From: Candidatus Woesebacteria bacterium
GTDB taxonomy: Bacteria > Patescibacteriota > Microgenomatia > UBA8517
Direction of reading: 5' to 3'
Assembly (NCBI GenBank): GCA_016432365.1
Contig: CP066686.1
Coordinates: 64,355 to 128,354 of the forward strand
DNA length: 64,000 bases
Part shown: piece by piece, positions 57,733 to 64,000 of the stretch
Numbering within the stretch: the stretch's first letter is position 1
Layout of the letters: every line of letters begins with the position of its first letter
Notes under the pieces: generated by a model
Told to the model about the DNA's origin: nothing
Seen by the model: the letters and a program-made list of their open reading frames with translations, nothing else
The model's database searches: none
Position numbers and translations under genes: made by a program

Positions 57733-58665
57733 TCAGATGTTGGATGCGCTTGTAACATCATGCGTATGCGCAGTGCATTCGCTCCACCTTTCAAGCGCTA
57801 GAGGAAAGGTAGAATTCCGGATGAGGAGCGGAAACCGCCCATTTTCTTCCGGACCAAACATCATTGTCCTCTGCATCGAAAGCTTCGACTGCAGGGCAAT
57901 GTATTCGGAAAGTTCTCTCATGATATCCCCCTGGCGGAGCCTTCGAACTTCAACCCAGTCCTGGAAAGCGATCATCAAAACTGTAGGGTCGATTTTCTTG
58001 GTCGTGGCTACCACGTCCATGACGCTCATTGCCATCCAGTCGGCAATTATACCAACCGGGGCGCCCAAAGACGGAACAGCCTGCGGGGCTCCTTCAGGAC
58101 TACGAAACTGAGTCGGATCAAACCCGTAGTTTTGATCGGCCGGATGACCGGAATACTCCAAGTTTCCCAACGCTCCTTGTGCGCAGACAAAACATACTTT
58201 ATCGGGATGTGGCAAAGTAACAACCTGGCCGCCTTTCCCTTGAGCATATACAGAGCCGACAATCATCGGAATATTATGCTTCTCGCACCAGGCGCTGATC
58301 CTGTATTTAACGTCCTCGTCATCTACAGAGACAATTGCAGCGGCTGCGTCGGTGTGTTCCTCAAAGATCGCTTCGGCATCACCAACGTGGGCAATAACTT
58401 TCTCACCCGGTACGCCGTGCTCGATAAGGGTTTCCCGACAGCCGATTGCTTTGGGCTTACCGATCCACGATTCGTCCAACCAGTGTCTCTCGATGTTCTC
58501 GACTTTCAGGTTTTTAGGGTCAGCAATTACGATTTGTCGCCACCACGGGTAGGCAAGTTTTGACATCGCCCAACTGCCGACACTTCCCGCGCCCCAAAAA
58601 ACCAGCTTCGAAGCTTTGACTTTACTCAAGTCATAGACATTCGGAAATCGTGCCGGTCCGTTCAT
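57733..58665 (-). CDS. E1-like ThiF/MoeB family adenylyltransferase
   Basis: GAGSVGS, D...L..EN..RH, GKPKA, SVD, CFVC, C-terminal CTAH. Confidence 0.88.
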   Translation of the reverse strand: MNGPARFPNVYDLSKVKASKLVFWGAGSVGSWAMSKLAYPWWRQIVIADPKNLKVENIERHWLDESWIGKPKAIGCRETLIEHGVPGEKVIAHVGDAEAIFEEHTDAAAAIVSVDDEDVKYRISAWCEKHNIPMIVGSVYAQGKGGQVVTLPHPDKVCFVCAQGALGNLEYSGHPADQNYGFDPTQFRSPEGAPQAVPSLGAPVGIIADWMAMSVMDVVATTKKIDPTVLMIAFQDWVEVRRLRQGDIMRELSEYIALQSKLSMQRTMMFGPEENGRFPLLIRNSTFPLALERWSECTAHTHDVTSASNI

Positions 58666-59621
58666 AACTCACCTCTTGCTTCAAGTTTGAATATGGCCTC
58701 GATCAAATCCTCGCCGGGACTCCACAAAGGGCCTTCTAACAGCCTTTTTGAATTATAGTCACCTTGCTCGGTAGCTGATTTGCCTTCTAAGGCGTCTACG
58801 CTAAACTTTGGTGCCGCCTCGGGATAGTTCCAGGGTGTAACAATGTACAAAGTTCCACGCCAGACTTTTTCTTTTGTGACTTTAAAAACTATCTCCTGTG
58901 GCGGACCATCGCGAACATCGCGATATGAGACTTCAACTTCGGCGCCATAGTTAGTGATGTGCCTTAACTGCTCAAAATAGTCAGCGTCATTTGTAAATTG
59001 CCATCCCAAAGGAGGCAACATTGGCGCAGACTTGGCTTCAATGATGGTCGGGGTGACTGTAATGGGTTCGGTGATACCCATAGCCGCCATGGCTTTTGAG
59101 TAATAATAAAACACGATCCGAACCCTGGTGAACTCATTTACATCGACATAACCGGAGGTAGCCTTAAATTTCCAGTCTCCCGGGTTTAGAATTAAAACGA
59201 GAGGTCCTACAGCAACTTCCAACCCGTCTACGTTGATTGCATCCTTGATGGATTGTATATCAGTTCCGCTGTATTGGTTGAAATTCAAAGTGTGGTGGCT
59301 GTGCCCTTTATAAAGATACGCACACTTTCCACCTGGTTTTGAACCGAGTTTTTTTCGAAAAAGACCCTCGTTGGCGGTTAACCATATAAGCGCCTCTTTC
59401 TGACCGTCACCACCAAATGCAAGTTTGGCGTATCCTTTTTCAATATCTTCAGGGATCGGTTGGATAATATGAGTAACAATCACCGACTGGTGATCGTCCA
59501 TTATCACACCCCATAAACCGAAACCCGTTTCAATCGCAGGATTGGCTAAAACCTCGTTTACCATGGCGATAGCAGCACCTTTGGTCACTAAAATTCGCGG
59601 CCGTTTGGCTGTAATTTCCAT
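58662..59621 (-). CDS. JAB/MPN+ metallopeptidase fused to a Cys-less E2/RWD-like domain
   Basis: ETGFGLWG, HSHH-x6-SGTD JAMM motif; C-terminal LYIVTPWNYPEAAPKF. Confidence 0.8.
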   Translation of the reverse strand: MEITAKRPRILVTKGAAIAMVNEVLANPAIETGFGLWGVIMDDHQSVIVTHIIQPIPEDIEKGYAKLAFGGDGQKEALIWLTANEGLFRKKLGSKPGGKCAYLYKGHSHHTLNFNQYSGTDIQSIKDAINVDGLEVAVGPLVLILNPGDWKFKATSGYVDVNEFTRVRIVFYYYSKAMAAMGITEPITVTPTIIEAKSAPMLPPLGWQFTNDADYFEQLRHITNYGAEVEVSYRDVRDGPPQEIVFKVTKEKVWRGTLYIVTPWNYPEAAPKFSVDALEGKSATEQGDYNSKRLLEGPLWSPGEDLIEAIFKLEARGEL

Positions 59622-59630
59622 TTTTCCTCC

Positions 59631-60215
59631 TTACCAGCCGTGCTTATCGTAGTGCCATACAGCCCAATCGAAAAAGGCCTGCATGAAACTGATTATGGTA
59701 TCGCGGCCCTTGACCCAGTCGTCCGAATCGGCAAAAAAGCATACCCACCCGTTTTCATACATGTGGTTTGAATGCATATCGCCGTCAAAGCGTTTGTAAC
59801 GTGGGTCGTCTATCCGAACGTGTGGCGGCTTATACGGCCACCTAGGGTCAAATCTGATCTCGACCCATTTGTCGATAAGAAGTTCGGGCGGGCGAGGTTG
59901 GCGCCTAAGTTGGGGTCTGTCCCTGAAAACCCGCATTTTGAACTGCAACAGCGGCTGCGGTTCACCATCAACTTGGACAAAATCTCCCCATTTGAATTGG
60001 TCAACATAAACCTGTAAACCTGCGTCCTTGTAAATTCTGGGAACACCGGTTCCGTTCTCTTCCCCTACAACCTTGGTTTTTTTTAAATAAAACCAATCCC
60101 TTATCGACTTGATCACGGCTGCATAGGAATAAAGGGGGTCGCCTTTGGTAAAGTTGGCCCGCGCTTTTTTAGGATCCCAAGATCCTGGAAAATCTGTAAA
60201 CCAGTTGGTTGTCAT
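59631..60215 (-). CDS. E2 (UBC-fold) protein with catalytic Cys
   Basis: IRFDPRWPYKPPHV, then HSNHMYENGWVC (equivalent to HPN...G.IC), W, C-terminal helix. Confidence 0.8.
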   Translation of the reverse strand: MTTNWFTDFPGSWDPKKARANFTKGDPLYSYAAVIKSIRDWFYLKKTKVVGEENGTGVPRIYKDAGLQVYVDQFKWGDFVQVDGEPQPLLQFKMRVFRDRPQLRRQPRPPELLIDKWVEIRFDPRWPYKPPHVRIDDPRYKRFDGDMHSNHMYENGWVCFFADSDDWVKGRDTIISFMQAFFDWAVWHYDKHGW

Positions 60216-60230
60216 ATTCTCCTCGCTTTT

Positions 60231-60806
60231 TTAGATATCGTTCATTGATACTGTAACATCCGCCGTCCGTTGAATTCTGGCGTTGGCTCTTAAAGTCCCA
60301 TCGGGGTTAAGATTGCCAACAATTGATCCTACTGTCGGAACTATTGTGAGTTCGAAGGATGTTAGTTTGAAATACTTGGAACTCCCCAAAAAATCCGAAA
60401 TGGTAGATTTCTTTACTACTCCTAAAACTTTTTTGCCAAAAAGAACGGCTGATGCTTCCACTGTCCAAAGTCCGGCCATATCGTCACCGCGAGAATATTG
60501 GGTTAAATCTGCTACATCTTTGGCGGTGAAAAGCAGTTTACTGTCAGCTCTCTTTGCGAGTCTTGAAGTGTGAATCTGCCGACCGTCCTTAAGTGTGGTA
60601 AATTTTATGCCCAAAAAAACTACCGATTGGGGAAGAGGGCTAAGTTCAACCTGTAAGACAGGCTGGAAAGCGAAAACTCCCTTAATCGTTTCCAGGTCGA
60701 TTTCCAGAAAGTTCGTAACTTTGCCGGAAAGCGCCTTGTTAATCTGGCTGGGCGTATCCAAAACGTTGATTCCAAAAAAGGTTGGGTTAATTCTGAGGTC
60801 TGTCAT
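60231..60806 (-). CDS. First gene of the operon; candidate ubiquitin-like precursor
   Basis: AAGGAGGAG SD; residues about 65-164 follow a beta-grasp pattern ending STISDF...FELTIVPTVGSIVG. Confidence 0.55.
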   Translation of the reverse strand: MTDLRINPTFFGINVLDTPSQINKALSGKVTNFLEIDLETIKGVFAFQPVLQVELSPLPQSVVFLGIKFTTLKDGRQIHTSRLAKRADSKLLFTAKDVADLTQYSRGDDMAGLWTVEASAVLFGKKVLGVVKKSTISDFLGSSKYFKLTSFELTIVPTVGSIVGNLNPDGTLRANARIQRTADVTVSMNDI

Positions 60807-60844
60807 TTACTCCTCCTTTCTTCGGAGTTTTTAGATATGGATGA

Positions 60845-60901
60845 TGTTAACGAACAAGATAACGAAGAGCGATTCTACCACAACCCTCCTGTAGGAGTCA
60901 A
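60845..60901 (-). promoter_or_regulatory. Promoter plus boxA-like element of the ubiquitin-like operon
   Basis: TTGACT (60901-60896), 18 nt, TGG-TAGAAT (60877-60872), TGTTCGTTAACA (60856-60845). Confidence 0.6.
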
Positions 60902-60956
60902 TATTATGGGCCAGATTAAAAATGCCTTTTTTGCTCATTTAGGTTAAAATATTTAA

Positions 60957-62165
60957 ATGCCCGAGCGCCTTGCCTATCAAAGCGAAAACCATGAGTCGAC
61001 CAAATACGGAGAGGCTCTAACAATAGTGAGTGCCCCTTTTGGAAAACCTGTAAATAACGAAGAACTTTTAGCCCTAGCGCTTGATCTGGGCTTGCCTGTT
61101 AAAGAGATGGAAAATGCCAGGCATGCAATTACAGCAACCGGTTTCACCAACCGTTTCTCGAGTAATCCCCCTGAAGAGGAACCAAACACAGATTTGGCAA
61201 TCAAAGGCAGCATTGAAAACGGGGCCAAACTTCTTACAGAAATTATGAAAAGTCATGGGTGGACAGACGGAATAGACGTTTTTATAGACACGTCCGCGTT
61301 TCTCCCAAATTCTATCAATAAAGAAATTTTAGCCCTGGCCGGATTAAACCCTGACCACGTTGTTTCAAAATCTTACCGATACGCCTGTGCCGGGGCAGTT
61401 GGAGCCTTTATCGACTGCCTATCAGATCCGGCTCTTAAAAACACGCGTATTGTGATCGCCGCACTTGAACCACTAAGTTATGTCATAGACAAGTCCCATT
61501 TTCACTCCCCCAAATCAATTTCTATACCTGCCATATTCGGAGATGCAAACACCCTAATTGCTTTTACTCCGAATCGATTTCACCTGGATGTCAAACAAAT
61601 ATTAATCCAGCCTGACCACGGTGTAATAAAACTTAATACTCTCTACGATTTTGGTCAGATGCCTTCAAACCCTGCATCCACACCTTCACATTACCGATTT
61701 GGAGAAGGTGGTGAGTCCATCTTCCGATACTCAGAAAGTGGAGCCTATCTTAAAATTGAATCCCCCGGACAGGGAGCGTCGCTTTCAATGGATGGTATGG
61801 CCACAGGTTTTTTCTTTGGAGACCAAACAGCCTCAGTTATTACCGATCTTATTTTAGAACATGGTGACACGGACATTTTAAGAAAACTAAACGGAAAAAA
61901 TATTATTATGCACTCGGCTAGTAAACCGGTCGTAGACCGCATAGCCAAACTTTTACGTAGAAGTGAACATCGATTTTTAGATACTCCCGAACTTCCTTTT
62001 CTAATGGATAAAGCCAGACAATCAAATGGGAGTAGTGCCACGACCCTAAACAGATGGCAGTATATGATTAAAAACAACATGATGGATGCGGATTTACCAA
62101 TGCTTTGGATTGCACCCGGAATAGGGTCAGCCATCGCCGGAGCTATCGGTACAATTAACCCCTGA
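60957..62165 (+). CDS. Thiolase-fold condensing enzyme (FabH/KAS III or type III PKS-like)
   Basis: YACAG (Cys), AIFGD, IMHSAS (His), SNGSSAT (Asn), APGIG. Confidence 0.7.
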   Translation: MPERLAYQSENHESTKYGEALTIVSAPFGKPVNNEELLALALDLGLPVKEMENARHAITATGFTNRFSSNPPEEEPNTDLAIKGSIENGAKLLTEIMKSHGWTDGIDVFIDTSAFLPNSINKEILALAGLNPDHVVSKSYRYACAGAVGAFIDCLSDPALKNTRIVIAALEPLSYVIDKSHFHSPKSISIPAIFGDANTLIAFTPNRFHLDVKQILIQPDHGVIKLNTLYDFGQMPSNPASTPSHYRFGEGGESIFRYSESGAYLKIESPGQGASLSMDGMATGFFFGDQTASVITDLILEHGDTDILRKLNGKNIIMHSASKPVVDRIAKLLRRSEHRFLDTPELPFLMDKARQSNGSSATTLNRWQYMIKNNMMDADLPMLWIAPGIGSAIAGAIGTINP

Positions 62166-62204
62166 AAATTGGACTGCTTCAAGAAAATGTTGTATTAATA
62201 GTTA

Positions 62205-63296
62205 ATGGTTGAAAATCTCAAAGCCAGGGGAACAGGGGTTATGCTCCCCCACGGTGGTCTGCCAGAAGTCCTTCCACCTTATTTAGTAAAATTAATTTCT
62301 GAGACAGGTGGTCCGGAAGGTCCGATCGGGCTTCAATTTGTAGCCAGACCCACTCTGGAACTTTCCCAATACGATTACAAAGAAAGTGACCCACTGCTTG
62401 AGGATTTCAACGAAGTATCTCCAGGGCTTGTTTATAAATATCGGGCAGGAAAAGATTCTGAAGGTCACTCTTATGCTGGAAGGGCTTTGTTTACAATAAC
62501 CCGCAACTGCGCAGCCTATTGTAGATACTGCACACGAGGAAGAGAGGTTGGAATCCCTGCAAATCAACAGGGCGAACTTTCCGGGACGTTGTCGCACACG
62601 CCACATCTTTCCAAAGAGCAAATCGATCAATCTCTCGAATTTATCCGAAATGAGTATGGTTTAAATGAAGTTATTCTTTCAGGTGGAGACCCCCTTACTG
62701 TTAGGCCTGAAGTTCTAAGCTATGTAACCGAAAAACTCGGAGAAATGCAAAGAGAAGGGAAACTTAGTATCGTAAGAATTGGAACACGGGTCCCAATCCA
62801 CAACCCACTTCTTATTAAGGAAGCACATTTTGAAGCACTCAAAAAGTTAAGAAACCCTCGCTTTATGATTCATGCTAATCATATCCTCGAATTAACCCCA
62901 GAAGCCCTTTCGGTTTTACAAAGGCTTAGAAAAGACTGTAACGGAGTTGTCATGAGCCAAACCGTACTTCTAAAGGGAGTAAATGATAATGTGGAAGTTT
63001 TATATAACCTCTTTACCAAGTGGGCTGAGGAGGGGTTTATCCCCTATTATGTCTTTCAAAATGATGCTGTCTCTTGGGCCAAGCATTTCACTGTTCCAAT
63101 TCAAGATGCAATTTCCCTTTGGCAAAAAATGCGTCCAAGGCTTTCAGGAGTAGCCGCAACTGCGCGTTTTGTGATTGACGTTGAAAGCGGATACGGAAAA
63201 GTGGCAGTTCCTGAAGCTGGGGCATGGAATATAATTTTTTCTGACGGGTTTAGAGACTTTAAGGGAACAAGGTTTGACCTTGGAGTTGCTGAATGA
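62205..63296 (+). CDS. KamA/EpmB-family radical SAM aminomutase
   Basis: DPL.E, YKY...[46 protein letters not shown]. Confidence 0.9.
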   Translation: MVENLKARGTGVMLPHGGLPEVLPPYLVKLISETGGPEGPIGLQFVARPTLELSQYDYKESDPLLEDFNEVSPGLVYKYRAGKDSEGHSYAGRALFTITRNCAAYCRYCTRGREVGIPANQQGELSGTLSHTPHLSKEQIDQSLEFIRNEYGLNEVILSGGDPLTVRPEVLSYVTEKLGEMQREGKLSIVRIGTRVPIHNPLLIKEAHFEALKKLRNPRFMIHANHILELTPEALSVLQRLRKDCNGVVMSQTVLLKGVNDNVEVLYNLFTKWAEEGFIPYYVFQNDAVSWAKHFTVPIQDAISLWQKMRPRLSGVAATARFVIDVESGYGKVAVPEAGAWNIIFSDGFRDFKGTRFDLGVAE

Positions 63297-64000
63297 AGGA
63301 ACAACCACAAAAAGTAAAAGAGAACTATGCTGAAAAATATGGCTTTCATGATCCCGAACATAATGTATTTAAATCTGGCCGAGGGCTATCCCAAGAAGTA
63401 GTAGAAAACATCTCCAAAATGAAAGGCGAGCCCAAATGGATGCTCGATTTTCGCCTTAAAGCACTCACTCATTTCCAATCACGGCCAATGCCAACATGGG
63501 GACCAGACCTTTCTGGACTTAACCTCAACGAAATGTTTTTCTATGTAAAACCTACGGAAAAAAGCGAAAAATCATGGGACGACATTCCCAACGACATCAA
63601 AAAAACCTTTAACAAACTTGGTGTACCTGAAGCAGAGCAGAAATTTCTTGCAGGAGTAGGAGCTCAATATGAAAGTGAGATGGTATACCACTCCATTCAG
63701 GAACATCTTGAAAAACTCGGGGTAGTTTTCCTTTCGATTGAAGACGGTTTAAAGAAACACCCCGATCTCTTCCGCGAATACTTCGGCTCGGTTATACCCA
63801 TCGAAGATAACAAATTCGCAGCCCTCAATAGTGCGGTCTGGTCGGGTGGATCTTTTGTATATGTTCCAAAGGGAGTGAAAGTAGATTTGCCGCTCCAAGC
63901 ATATTTTCGACTTAATACTGCAAATCTGGGACAATTCGAACGCAGTTTAATTATAGTTGACGAAGGAGCATCGGTTCACTATGTGGAAGGATGCACCGCC
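63293..64000 (+). CDS. sufB: Fe-S cluster assembly protein SufB (truncated by the window end)
   Basis: Translated from the ATGA overlap with the kamA-like stop: [58 protein letters not shown]; missing from the ORF track because it has no stop codon. Confidence 0.95.
   Translation, partial: MKEQPQKVKENYAEKYGFHDPEHNVFKSGRGLSQEVVENISKMKGEPKWMLDFRLKALTHFQSRPMPTWGPDLSGLNLNEMFFYVKPTEKSEKSWDDIPNDIKKTFNKLGVPEAEQKFLAGVGAQYESEMVYHSIQEHLEKLGVVFLSIEDGLKKHPDLFREYFGSVIPIEDNKFAALNSAVWSGGSFVYVPKGVKVDLPLQAYFRLNTANLGQFERSLIIVDEGASVHYVEGCTA

Noticed and set aside
57350-58111. 253-aa plus-strand ORF
   Set aside because: Antisense shadow of the E1 and small acidic genes, which have SDs and recognisable motifs
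57733-60806. Thiamine/molybdopterin sulfur-carrier pathway or type II CBASS
   Set aside because: Two E2-like domains are present, and there is no thiG/moaE/cysM or CD-NTase gene adjacent
1-64000. CRISPR array, rRNA, IS transposase
   Set aside because: No regularly spaced repeats with unique spacers, no rRNA-like sequence and no transposase motifs recognised

Overview
64 kb of a small-genome bacterial chromosome. Gene content suggests Patescibacteria/CPR, probably Microgenomates (inference): stand-alone 5'-3' exonuclease, VirD4/TraD-like ATPase, short PGK, archaeal-type TPI, split transketolase and many apparently leaderless genes. Housekeeping blocks are ftsH, trpS, a tRNA cluster, a xerC-like recombinase, nrdR-nrdJ-pduO, two tandem class A PBPs, a glycolysis/pentose-phosphate cluster, B12 uptake genes, efp/epmA, a kamA/epmB-like gene and sufB (truncated at the window end). 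The most notable observations are: (1) a self-contained ubiquitin-like conjugation operon at 57.4-60.8 kb (candidate Ubl precursor, Cys-E2, JAB-E2 fusion, E1 apparently lacking its catalytic Cys, small acidic protein); (2) a complete tRNA-Ile(UAU) nested inside a structured 123-nt insertion in the anticodon of a second tRNA-Ile(UAU) at 10.4-10.6 kb; (3) a Trp-specific T-box placed to control tRNA-Trp itself, an isonitrile-synthase-family gene, a YbaK-fused TrpRS and a tRNA-binding protein; (4) boxA-like motifs and strong Shine-Dalgarno sites shared by the leaders of four GC-richer orphan transcription units; (5) small palindromic or tandem repeat elements, several lying in frame inside proteins. 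All protein calls come from motif recognition by eye; no searches were run.
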